A DNA stretch of 64,000 nt. It comes from Macrostomum hystrix (lineage: Eukaryota > Animalia > Platyhelminthes). The position numbers and the translations under genes are program-made. This document shows, in pieces, positions 36,485 to 47,804 of this stretch (positions within the stretch are counted from its first letter, which is position 1; the number at the start of each line of letters is the position of its first letter). The stretch lies in NCBI GenBank assembly GCA_950097015.1, contig CATNEN010000024.1, forward strand, positions 3,162,001 through 3,226,000, read 5' to 3'. The notes under the pieces are model-generated. The model saw only the letters and a program-made list of their open reading frames with translations, did not search any database and had not been told where the DNA came from.

Positions 36485-38236
36485 TTAGCAGACTAAAACT
36501 GGACTAGCTAGTGCGAATGTAATTGAGCCTGTTTGCTTTCAACTGAACTGACTTCTCTTAAAAGCAGTTTTTTATGATTATTATCTGATTGGTCAGACAG
36601 AATCAAATAGTCAAGTTCCATATGAAATATATTCATACACAGCATTAGCCTATAATCTATTGGTTGATCCACGCCATTCAAACATACAAAGGCAAGAAAA
36701 TAAAAAAACCTTTAATAGATCAATCTATATTTTATATTTCTTATGTTTCACAACACAAAACCCCCAAAAAACTAGCTGTTTGTCTAGAACTCCTTACATG
36801 TATCACCTGTCAGCAAAATGTGTTCAAGGAAGCTCAAAATTAGTTCATTAATGAATATTTACCTGATAAAACAAATGTTGGTAATAAAATTTATGGAGTA
36901 CGCTCACAAAATACTTCTTCAGGGTTTTCAATTATTAAAGTGAAACTCAAACTTTGCATAGATCCAAACTTTTGGCATATTTTTCTACAGTTTGAGCCTA
37001 TACTTAAATGAAATAATGTACCTTCTCTCAGTTTTTACAAGCTTAAGTACTAAGCTAATTTCATGTAGTTCTTCAGTAGTTTTTTTTACCAATAAGTAAT
37101 TAAAAACTCAATATGAATAATAGCTGTTGCCAAAAATGTATTATGATAAAAAGTACAATTTGACAAAAAATTTAATAAATATAAACATAGTTTTTAGAAG
37201 CACTTAAACAACAAAGATATAGTTTTGTATTATATAGCTTTATATTCAAAGCTAAAAACTAAATACAGAAAGCTAACATCTGAAATAAAATAAGGACACT
37301 AAAACACAAAAGGAACACCAATTTAAATTGCACCATAAACTAGAGCCTATAATCACATAGAGTTAAAATTAGTTTAAAGAGATGAAGAGACAGTCTAGTT
37401 TGGTAACAGCTACTTCAGGAAAAGCCACTTTAATAACAAATCACAACCAATTTAGTAACAAATGATCTGATCTAGTTAAATATGGTCTTCTTATATTGTT
37501 TATAAAAAATTCTAGCTGTTTACACAGCTGGAGTTGCTTTTAATAGAATTGAAGGTAATAAGAAAGCAAAATGGTGTACCAAATATATATATATCAACAT
37601 GCTTGATGACATTGTGACAGACAGAATGAAAAAAGTGATACAATCATAATAAAATAAAGGCACAAAACTGCAAATTTGTTTTTATTGCATGCTTAATATT
37701 AATTAATAGTTTTCTTTTTGTGAAAAAAATTGTATTTATAAGTAGTCATATGACTTAAACAGTTGCTTTTTTGACGGAAATTATTGTTATTATAAAGACA
37801 AAGTGGGGCATAAGTGTATTTTGTTGCTTAATTTTTTTTCAATTAAAATTAACTAAAGATAAGATTTTTTAAAATAAAACTAACAACCCATGTCAAAACT
37901 AGGGATCAAAAACTCATTGAAACAGTTAGTAAGTAAAAATCATGCTTTTGAAGCCTGTCACAGGGGAAATTAATGCATAACCAAGTAGAGGAAGTGACTG
38001 ATTGTTTAGCCATGTTCTAGACAAAGTTCTAGATTCTTCTGCCAACTGCACAACATTCAATATTGGCATAGGGCCTAACTTTTGTTTTTCTAATAAATTA
38101 TTTTTTCATTAAAAATAAACTGTTAATAAAGATTTATAAGATTTACAAAAGATTTAAACTGTTAGGAGATACCCAGATTCCACCAATGATTTTTTGATGA
38201 TGCTCTGGCTTGTGTGGCTATTTTGCTCAGAGTCTA

Positions 38237-38780
38237 CTCCATAGTCCGGATCATGCTGGACTTACGCCAGAGGAAAAATCCAACATTTTTGGCACTTACG
38301 CCAGACTTACGCCAACCAAAAAAGGTCCCTATGACTTACGCCACCCAAAAAAGGTCCTTCACAATTCTTGTTAATAGGTGATTAATTAAATTCAGAAGTT
38401 ACAACTGTTTAAAAATCTCACAAGTTGCAAATTCTGAATCAAGTATCAAAGTAAGCATCTTAAAGCTAAAAAAACTTTTGCTATCCTACAATAGATATTC
38501 TGCTATCTCATTTATACGAACTGCAATATTTTAATGAACTTTGTTTTAATGCTGCTCCTTAATATCAAAATTAATGCAAATTTGTTATGTACTATAGTGA
38601 TACATTTGATCGTGAATGATCTCATTTGTGCTAACATTTACGCCACTTGATTTATGCCATGTACTTACGCCAAGGCACATTTTGGCCTATACTTACGCCA
38701 AGCATTTGCACAGGCTCCGATCCCAAACCAGATTTACGCCAGAGATCTCCGGCGTAAATGACATGATCCGGACTATGGAG
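38237..38780. mobile_element. Non-autonomous TIR element, 544 bp, perfect 19-bp TIR CTCCATAGTCCGGATCATG, apparent 4-bp TSD TCTA, ~10 subterminal (C/T)TTACGCCA motifs
   Basis: TIR, TSD (38233-38236, 38781-38784) and motifs read directly. Confidence 0.85.
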
Positions 38781-39199
38781 TCTACTGAATTTATTAATAC
38801 TAATGCAGACTGTGCCATTGACAAAACTTTTTGGGCTGACATGACTTCATTTAGGCCTAATATTTGCTAGGCCTATGGTTAAGGGTCAATAAGAGTTTGG
38901 TGTGCAAAGAATGCTTAATAGGGAAAAGGAGCAGATTATTGATATTTTTAATTTTTTGGTCACTTTCTCTACTAGGTTATGCATTACTACCCGCGCCACT
39001 ATAATAGGCTTTCATGATAGTGTTTTAAATAACTGAATGCTTTAATGAGTTTTTGTAGGGCTTGTTTTGATAAATTGTGTAAGTTTTATTATTACAAATC
39101 AGTAATCTTCATCAACAGTTTATACTTGAAATGAAAAAGCAATGAACAAAAAAAGTTATAGTTAGGGCCCTAGTCCACTCATTTTCTTGAGCACAACTA

Positions 39200-39845
39200 G
39201 GGTAATGTATCATCAACCGAACAGTGTATCTTCAAAACCGAACAAGAATTTTGACTCCTTCCTTGGTCTCGTGCCAGACAGAAACAAGCTATTGTGTTTC
39301 ACAGAACAACTAATTTGAAAGTTGAAGAAATTATCTACAAGCTGAGGCATGATGTGCAATGAAGCATTAAGAGGAAAGAAAGATATTGATGTTTCAGTAG
39401 AAATTTTTATTGCAAAAGCATACTTTTTAACAACATTTTTTCAGTATGCACTTTAGATGAAGATTGTATGTGGTTGCTTGCCAATTAAATGACCATAAAT
39501 GTAGTTATTTATAGAGCATGAAAAATGCTTTCAAATGACATAATTCATGATAGTTCACTCCTTAAAATAAGATTAAACCACTCACTCAAATTGTAAAACC
39601 AAACATCAAATTCTCTGTTTGGTTTGAAGATACATTAAAATCATTGTTCGGTTTTAGATAAAAAGCAGGAATAGGTAACTTTTTTCTATTTGATAAAATA
39701 GCAAAAGCAGATACTTTTTAGAAAGATGTAACTGTTTTCTATAACTTGGCTTTTGATTTATCATCATATCTTAAATAGAAAATCTGTAGCTTAGGTTTGA
39801 ATTAAAAAAAATACACATTCTTGTTTGGTTGATGATACATTACCC
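39200..39845. mobile_element. MITE, 646 bp, 24-bp TIR GGGTAATGTATCATCAACC(G/A)AACA flanked by TA on both sides
   Basis: TIRs read directly; subterminal CCGAACA/TGTTTGG repeats. Confidence 0.8.
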
Positions 39846-41387
39846 TACAAAACCGTTAAAAATGTCCAATTCAAATTGAAAATAAACAACATTTGAAATG
39901 TGATAACTTCATTACTTTTTGTAACTAATTACCTGCATACACCAGTGTAGTGCACAAGATCTTATAAATCCAAAATTATTCCAGTGTACAGTCATGGTGT
40001 TCCTGGGTATAGTTTAAGGCAAACTCAATAAGGCAAACATCAGCATTAAAAACCACAATTCAAGTCGGACAATCATGTAACAATTGTCCTTTACAGGCCA
40101 TTAAAATAAAATTAAATAATAGTTCAACTATTGCAACAACAGTCATAATGCCCAAAGTAAAAGTAGATTGTATTTAAAACGACTTACAATAAAAAAGCAA
40201 TACTAACATTTAATAAAATATAGATTCATCAACATCAAAAATACTTATAGTATTCAAATAAGTATTTTTGCAATCTGCTTTAATAATACAGCTTAAAATG
40301 TGCTTACTAGAGTCATGCCATGGATAAACAGCTTGAATTATAAACTTAGCATTATAGCAGAAAGTTATGCATGTTTTTATTTGTTGAAGCTACTTACTTT
40401 ACACACGAAAGTTCAATTCTTTTCATTTACTAAGTCTTTTAAAGTCAAAATATTAATGCAGACAAAATCATGCATTTGCTTATATTAGCGAATTTCACAT
40501 GACATGGCATTGAAACTTGATGTTAACAAAACATGTATTTAAAACCACTCGAAAATAATAAAAAATACGAAAGCGTGTACGTCAAAAAGGTTGTGTAAAA
40601 GACCACCGATGAACCGCCTAGTCTTTGTACGGAGCACACGGATTGGAGCAGAATCTGTGTCTTGCTAGCTGTGGCGCATGCTCTGCTTGTCAAGCTTGGT
40701 TGGATCGAGATTACTATCGTTGATGTATTAAATCAAGTCGTTGGACTGAGCTAAAAATACTTTCGAAAGTTTTAATTTGTTTAAAATCAGCAATAAATAT
40801 ACAACATTTAAATTTCCATTTTATTGGAAATCACACGTAAAAAATTTGCAATGAAATGTACTAATTAGCTGAGAATGCTTTAGTGCAGCAGTTGACTGAA
40901 GTAGCCCTTCAAATGCAGAGTAATGTTATGTTTATTTAGCTAAGAGAAGACATTAAGCAGCAGTATCATGTCATTGTCTGTTTAGTAATAACATGATGTA
41001 TCGAATAAATCTTTCGAGTTAAAAGAGTTGAAAAGTAGAAAAAGCCTAAAAGGATCTGAAATCAATATGAGATCAATTCTTAGATGACATCAATTCTTAG
41101 TACTTAAATTTGACTCGTATGAGATCAATTCTTAGTCTTTAATTTGACTCCTCAGTTGGGTTGTTCAACTGAGCCTTCTTCTTCTGAACGTTACAGTTTA
41201 GCGTTACAGTTCTTTCTTCGAAGATTTTCAAGTGCCCCACGCAGAACCATTCTTTCTTTTTCAAGTCTCGAGAAATGAAGTGGCTAAGAAAGGAACTGAC
41301 CTTATCAGAGTTCGCTACAAATGTATTATTTTGAAATAATTATTCAGAGAATAATATGCAGTAGCCGTTTTCTATTGCCTTGCCCCT

Positions 41388-41505
41388 AGCACTGCCCCTG
41401 GCTCTGCCCCTGGCTCTGCCCCTGGCTCTGCCCCTGGCTCTGCCCCTGGCTCTGCCCCTGGCTCTGCCCCTGGCTCTGCCCCTGGCTCTGCCCCTGGCTC
41501 TGAGC
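41388..41505. repeat. 12-bp minisatellite (GCTCTGCCCCTG), ~9 copies
   Basis: Direct reading. Confidence 0.95.
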
Positions 41506-41508
41506 CAC

Positions 41509-41882
41509 GTCTGAGGAAGGGAAAGAAGACAAGTCTGAGGAAGGGAAAGAAGACAAGTCTGAGGAAGGGAAAGAAGACAAGTCTGAGGAAGGGAAAGAAG
41601 ACAAGTCTGAGGAAGGGAAAGAAGACAAGTCTGAGGAAGGGAAAGAAGACAAGTCTGAGGAAGGGAAAGAAGACTAGTCTGAGGAAAGGAAAGAAGACTA
41701 GTCTGAGGAAAGGAAAGAAGACTAGTCTGAGGAAGGGAAAGAAGACAAGTCTGAGGAAGGGAAAGAAGACAAGTCTGAGGAAGGGAAAGAAGACAAGTCT
41801 GAGGAAGGGAAAGAAGACAAGTCTGAGGAAGGGAAAGGAGACAAGTCTGAGGAAGGGAAAGAAGACAAGTCTGAGGAAGGGG
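41509..41882. repeat. 24-bp array GTCTGAGGAAGGGAAAGAAGACAA (array 1 of the GTCTGAGGA satellite family)
   Basis: Direct reading. Confidence 0.95.
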
Positions 41883-42528
41883 TAGAAGATAGAAGGATAG
41901 AAGGCATGGGCCCTCTAAGCCATACCAAGTCCGCCCGTAAAGTATTGCAGTCTGTGGACAACTTCAACATTTAATTGATATATTATTTATTGCTGAAATT
42001 TCAAATCTATTTCCAGAAGTTTGCCAGGCATAACCAGAAATTTGCGATAAAGTGTAACACTTTTTTCACTATGCAAAGTGGTATAGCTATTTGGAATAAG
42101 ATTCTTCAATGAAAAATTTATAATTTACGTAATTTACGAAAGTAAGAACATTGGTATTTGAGTAGATTGATATAATCGATTTCAGAGCTCAAACTGTTCA
42201 CAAAAATTCAACAGAGGAATAAAATTAAGCGGCGCAAAGTATCCAATCCAAGCTGAAGACATAGCTCGCTTGTTTGGTCCAACAAGACTGTTTGGTCTAG
42301 GCTGCGATAATAAACGACTATAAAAGTGGGCAAAGGAACTTTTTTGATTTCCAAAAAAGTACATTTTAATACTATTTTATTAACACCATACAAATGTTGC
42401 CATTAGCTCGATTCGCTCTTTTAGTCTGCATTGTCGTAGTTATACTTCATTCAGACGGAGTCAAGCCTCATTCTGGTGCAGGTAAGGTCTCATTGTGCCC
42501 ATTCTTCTGACCCTTAGCTAAATCACTA

Positions 42529-42878
42529 CTGGGTCAGTGGCAGAGCGGTCTTAATGCATTTGCCTCAGGCACCAAGGTCCCTGAGCTCGATTCAGCGGCG
42601 ATGCCACATTCATTTGTACTTAGCCGCAGCAGCGGAGAGAAGGCTTGGGTCTTCTCGTGAGAGCACAGTGAGAGTGTACCCTGCCTGACTATGAGAAAGT
42701 CATGGCAAATGTACACACCTGTGTGAGTGTGTGCCTGCCCGCGCATGGTATCCGTGTGCGTGTGTGCTCAGGTGTCAGCGCGGAATAGGCAGAATTGCCT
42801 TCTCACTGGCTGGGGGTCTAGTGTCATCAAAAGATGTGCCAGTACGCAGAGCCCCCTGCAAACAATATTAGTCACTAA
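42529..42878 (+). mobile_element. SINE family A, full-length 350 bp with 11-bp TSD CTAAATCACTA
   Basis: A box TGGCAGAGCGG, B-box-like GAGCTCGATTC, TSD at 42518-42528 and 42879-42889. Confidence 0.85.
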
Positions 42879-43439
42879 CTAAATCACTAATATAGTGTTG
42901 TCACTTCCAAACCATTGCATCTCCACAGCTACGCCGTTTTGCCGCGGGCAAGGACAGTTTTGCAGCAATAAAAAAAAATGCTGCCAAGGATTCCGCTGCC
43001 AAACGACTGGATCTCGAAGTAGGCGACGCTGTAGACGTAAATGGTGATATTAATAGATAACACCGCGACCTGCTACAGGGTCTGAAGTTCCAGTCAAAGC
43101 AAAGGAGGAACAATGCGCTTAATTATACTGCCAGCCTGACGTACATCTGGCCAGATTGGGTTGGGTAATTTGTTGTTTACTGTGATGGAATTGGAGTGTC
43201 TGCGGACCGACTCTTTGCTATGTGTAGCGTCGCCAGTGTACGCTTGGCGATCCCCCTCCCTGTGTGCGTGTTGGGGCGGATGTGCTGTGCATCGGGTAGA
43301 TTGAGATAGCGAGAAAGACTACCTTTGATTATTAAAATATAAGCGAATCATTTAGCCACAGGGCTCTAAGAGTCAGAGTTTTCATTCAATATAGTTCTGC
43401 CTTCAATAACTCTCAGTGTTTAGTTTATTTTTCGTTTAC

Positions 43440-43610
43440 ATGGCGCCTAAAGAAGTTCTCGGGAAGCAGAGAATTCGATCGCCAGTCTCAGCATAGCGTC
43501 TGATAACTACACGATTGCCATTGACAATCTACAGATGCGGCTTGGATCTCGGAGTGGCGATGTGCGCGAGCATCTGGCTAAGAACTCTTAGAGCTTGTCA
43601 GTCTGAGGAA
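43440..43610 (+). pseudogene. Probable BEL/Pao gag (DUF1759-like) remnant, also at ~47645-47815, continuing after the arrays (~41885-42000, ~45060-45170, ~49845-49930)
   Basis: Frame reads EAENSIASLSIASDNYTIAIDNLQMRLGSRSGDVREHLAK, resembling the remembered pattern GEA..I..L.....NY..A...L..RFG....HL; disrupted by stops. Confidence 0.5.
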
Positions 43611-45060
43611 GGGGTACAAGACAGTCTGAGGAAGGGGAGAAGACAGTCTGAGGAAGGGGAGAAGACAGTCTGAGGAAGGGGAGAAGACAGTCTGAGGAAG
43701 GGGAGAAGACAGTCTGAGGAAGGGGAGAAGACAGTCTGAGGAAGGCGTACAAGACAGTCTGAGGAAGGGGAGAAGACAGTCTGAGGAAGGGGAGAAGACA
43801 GTCTGAGGAAGGGGAGAAGACAGTCTGAGGAAGGGGAGAAGACAGTCTGAGGAAGGGGAGAAGACAGTCTGAGGAAGGCGTACAAGACAGTCTGAGGAAG
43901 GGGAGAAGACAGTCTGAGGAAGGGGAGAAGACAGTCTGAGGAAGGGGAGAAGACAGTCTGAGGAAGGGGAGAAGACAGTCTGAGGAAGGGGAGAAGACAG
44001 TCTGAGGAAGGCGTACAAGACAGTCTGAGGAAGGCGTACAAGACAGTCTGAGGAAGGGAAGAAGACAGTCTGAGGAAGGGGAGAAGACAGTCTGAGGAAT
44101 GGGTAGAAGACAGTCTGAGGAATGGGTAGAGAAGACAGTCTGAGGAATGGGTAGAGAAGACAGTCTGAGGAATGGGTAGAGAAGACAGTCTGAGGAATGG
44201 GTAGAAGACAGTCTGAGGAAGGGGAGAAGACAGTCTGAGGAATGGGTAGAAGACAGTCTGAGGAATGGGTAGAGAAGACAGTCTGAGGAATGGGTAGAGA
44301 AGACAGTCTGAGGAATGGGTAGAAGACAGTCTGAGGAATGGGTAGAGAAGACAGTCTGAGGAATGGGTAGAGAAGACAGTCTGAGTAATGGGTAGAAGAC
44401 AGTCTGAGGAATGGGTAGAAGACAGTCTGAGGAATGGGTAGAGAAGACAGTCTGAGGAATGGGTAGAAGATAGTCTGAGGAATTGGTAGAAGACAGTCTG
44501 AGGAATGGGTAGAGAAGACAGTCTGAGGAATGGGTAGAGAAGACAGTCTGAGGAAGGGGTTGAAGACACACTGAGGAATGGGTAGAAGACAGACTGAGGA
44601 ATGGGTGGAAGACTGTCTGAGGAATGGGTAGAAGACACGCTGAGGAATGGGTAGAAGACTGTCTGAGGAATGGGTAGAAGACAGTCTGAGGAATGGGTAG
44701 AGAAGACAGTCTGAGGAATGGGTAGAAGACAGTCTGAGGAATGGGTAGAAGACAGTCTGAGGAAGGGGTAGAGAAGACAGTCTGAGGAAGGGGTAGAGAA
44801 GACAGTCTGAGGAAGGGGTAGAGAAGACAGACTGAGGAAGGGAAAGAAGACAAGTCTGAGGAAGGGAAAGAAGACAAGTCTGAGGAAGGGAAAGAAGACA
44901 AGTCTGAGGAAGGGAAAGAAGACAAGTCTGAGGAAGGGAAAGAAGACAAGTCTGAGGAAAGGAAAGAAGACTAGTCTGAGGAAGGGAAAGAAGACAAGTC
45001 TGAGGAAGGGAAAGAAGACAAGTCTGAGGAAGGGAAAGAAGACAAGTCTGAGGAAGGGGT
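43599..45060. repeat. GACAGTCTGAGGA satellite array 2 (22-25-bp variants in domains)
   Basis: Direct reading. Confidence 0.96.
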
Positions 45061-45203
45061 AGAAGATAGAAGGATAGAAGGCATGGGCCCTCTAAGCCAT
45101 ACCGAGTCCGCCCGTAAAGTATTGCAGTCTGTGGACAACTTCAACATTTAATTGATATATTATTTATTGCTGAAATTTTACATTACATTTTAATACTATT
45201 TTA

Positions 45204-46583
45204 TTCCGGGTGTCCGGAAAGTCATGAGAAAACTACAAAAGGTTAATTATAAAAACGCGCAGAACAGTGAAACTTTACTAATCAGTTAATGTAATTTCCC
45301 CTGAAGTCAATCACAGCTTGGCAGTGCTCCACGAGCCGTAGAACCTCGCGTTTCAAGCAGTTTGCATCCAGACCCCTCGCCCACTGCAACGCGGCCTCGC
45401 GGACCTCATCGTGGCTGCTGAACTCCCGCTTCGAGAAGTCCGATTTCAGCCAATTGAAGAAAAAACGGTCGCATAAATTGAAATCAGGGCTGTAGGGACT
45501 CTGAAAAAGCAGTTGAACTCCACGAGTCTCCATGTACTGCTGCACAGGCTGGGCCACATGAGGTCGTGCGTTGTCCCACTGCCACAAGACTTCGGACAGA
45601 TGAATTGGTTGTGATCTGAGGCTCCGCCATAGGTCACCTGTGTGTCGAACGAATTCAACGATGCGATTGGCATCAACAGTCTGCTTTGGCGCCGTTGACA
45701 TGATAGAGAATCGCTTGCTTGGGGTGAAAGCGACTACCAGCATTGTCTTTGGGTCCCCGACTGAGTGTCTCACAACTTGAGGTCGATGGTCGCCTTGACC
45801 CAGCCAGCACCGGTTGTTCTGCCGTGTACCAGTGTTTTTAAGGTACACCCACGTCTCGTCCTCCACCACGTACTTGTTGCAGAAGCTGGTCATGCCCTCG
45901 GTATGAAAAATCCGACGTATTTGCTTGGCACAATTGACGCGAGCAACCTTGTTCTCCTCGGAGAGAACATGCGGGACCCACACGGCAGACACATTGCGAA
46001 GTTGCAGGTCTTCAGTCAATATTTCATGCACTGTTGATTTCCCAACCTCCATGAAGTCAGCAAGATCTCTGACACTCACTTTTGGGTCTTCTTTCACGAG
46101 ATTTCTGCAGGTCTCGATCAGCTCTGGTGTTCTCGTCGATCTCGGCCGGCCAGTACGGGCAGCTTGGGCCAGTGGGTACGACTCGTCACGGAACCTTGTG
46201 TACCATCGGTACACTGACGACAGACCAGGCGCCACATCTCCATGCACTTTCAGCAGTTCTCCATGGCAATCAGGAGCAGATATACCAAGCTTATACCTGG
46301 TATAAGCATAAGCTTGAAACTCGTCCATCTCAAAGCAGCAGCAAGGATCAATGAAGAAAAAAGTAACGATAGATATTTGCTTTGCCTCTGCGTTGCAGTG
46401 GCCTAGACTTCTAAGTTATAACCATCAGCCTTACCCCCAAATTTGAAGCTAGAATCTAGCTCTTTCAGCCATAGACATATATTAAGTCAAGTGTTAGAAT
46501 GGTACAGTATCTTGTCAATAGCTTGTGTCTAAGTAGTTAGAATAACACATTCTCATGACTTTCCGGACACCCGAAGGCTGAAG
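45204..46583 (-). mobile_element. Full-length mariner transposon (1380 bp), ~27-bp TIRs (CGGGTGTCCGGAAAGTCATGAGAA core), TA TSD
   Basis: TIRs at 45204-45230 and 46550-46575; TA at 45202-45203 and 46584-46585; empty site at 42378-42379. Confidence 0.95.
45282..46328 (-). CDS. Mariner DD34D transposase, intact 348 aa
   Basis: HTH N-terminus, WVPHVL, DETW, WDNARPH, YSPDFNLCD with 34 residues between the second and third Asp. Confidence 0.96.
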   Translation of the reverse strand: MDEFQAYAYTRYKLGISAPDCHGELLKVHGDVAPGLSSVYRWYTRFRDESYPLAQAARTGRPRSTRTPELIETCRNLVKEDPKVSVRDLADFMEVGKSTVHEILTEDLQLRNVSAVWVPHVLSEENKVARVNCAKQIRRIFHTEGMTSFCNKYVVEDETWVYLKNTGTRQNNRCWLGQGDHRPQVVRHSVGDPKTMLVVAFTPSKRFSIMSTAPKQTVDANRIVEFVRHTGDLWRSLRSQPIHLSEVLWQWDNARPHVAQPVQQYMETRGVQLLFQSPYSPDFNLCDRFFFNWLKSDFSKREFSSHDEVREAALQWARGLDANCLKREVLRLVEHCQAVIDFRGNYIN

Positions 46584-46734
46584 TATTAACACCATACAAA
46601 TGTTGCCATTGGTTCGATTCGCTCTTTTAGTCTGCATTGTCGTAGTTATACTTCATTCAGACGGAGTCAAGCCTCATTCTAGTGCAGGTAAGGTCTCATT
46701 GTGCCCATTCTTCTGACCCTTAGCTAAATCACTA

Positions 46735-47082
46735 CTGGGTCAGTGGCAGAGCGGTCTTAATGCATTTGCCTCAGGCACCAAGGTCCCTGAGCTCGATTCA
46801 GCGGCGATGCCACATTCATTTGTACTTAGCCGCAGCAGCGGAGAGAAGGCTTGGGTCTTCTCGTGAGAGCACAGTGAGAGTGTACCCTGCCTGACTATGA
46901 GAAAGTCATGGCAAATGTACACACCTGTGTGAGTGTGTGCCTGCCCGCGCATGGTATCTGTGTGCGTGTGTGCTCAGGTGTCAGCGGAATAGGCAGAATT
47001 GCCTTCTCACTGGCTGCGGGTCTAGTGTCATCAAAAGATGTGCCAGTACGCAGAGCCCCCTGCAAACAATATTAGTCACTAA
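46735..47082 (+). mobile_element. SINE family A, duplicated copy with the same TSD
   Basis: Near-identical to 42529-42878 at the equivalent position. Confidence 0.85.
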
Positions 47083-47804
47083 CTAAATCACTAATATATA
47101 GTGTTGTCACTTCCATACCATTGCATCTCCACAGCTACGCCGTTTTGCCCCGGGCAAGGACAGTTTTGCAGCAATAAAAAAAAATGCTGTCCAGGATTAC
47201 GCTGCCAAAAGACTGGATCTCGAAGTAGGCGACGCTGTAGACGTAAATGGTGATATTAATAGATAACACCGCGACCTGCTTCGGGGTCTGAAGTTCCAGT
47301 CAAAGCAAAGGAGAAACAATGCGCTTAATTATACTGCCAGCCTGACGTACATCTGGCCAGATTGGGTTGGGTAATTTGTTATTTACTGTGATGGAATTGG
47401 AGTGTCTGCGGACCGACTCTTTGCTATGTGTAGCGTCGCCAGTGTACGCTTGGCGATCCCCCTCCCTGTGTGCGTGTTGGGGCGGATGTGCTGTGCATCG
47501 GGTAGATTGAGATAGCGAGAAAGACTACCTTTGATTAATAAAATATAAGCGAATCATTTAGCCACAGGGCTCTAAGAGTCAGAGTTTTCATTCAATATAG
47601 TTCTGCCTTCAATAACTCTCAGTGTTTAGTTTATTTTTCGTTTACATGGCGCCGAAAGAAGTTCTCGGGAAGCAGAGAATTCGATCGCCAGTCTCAGCAT
47701 AGCGTCTGATAACTACACGATTGCCATTGACAATCTACAGATGCGGCTTGGATCTCGGAGTGGCGATGTGCGCGAGCATCTGGCTAAGAACTCTTAGAGC
47801 TTGT

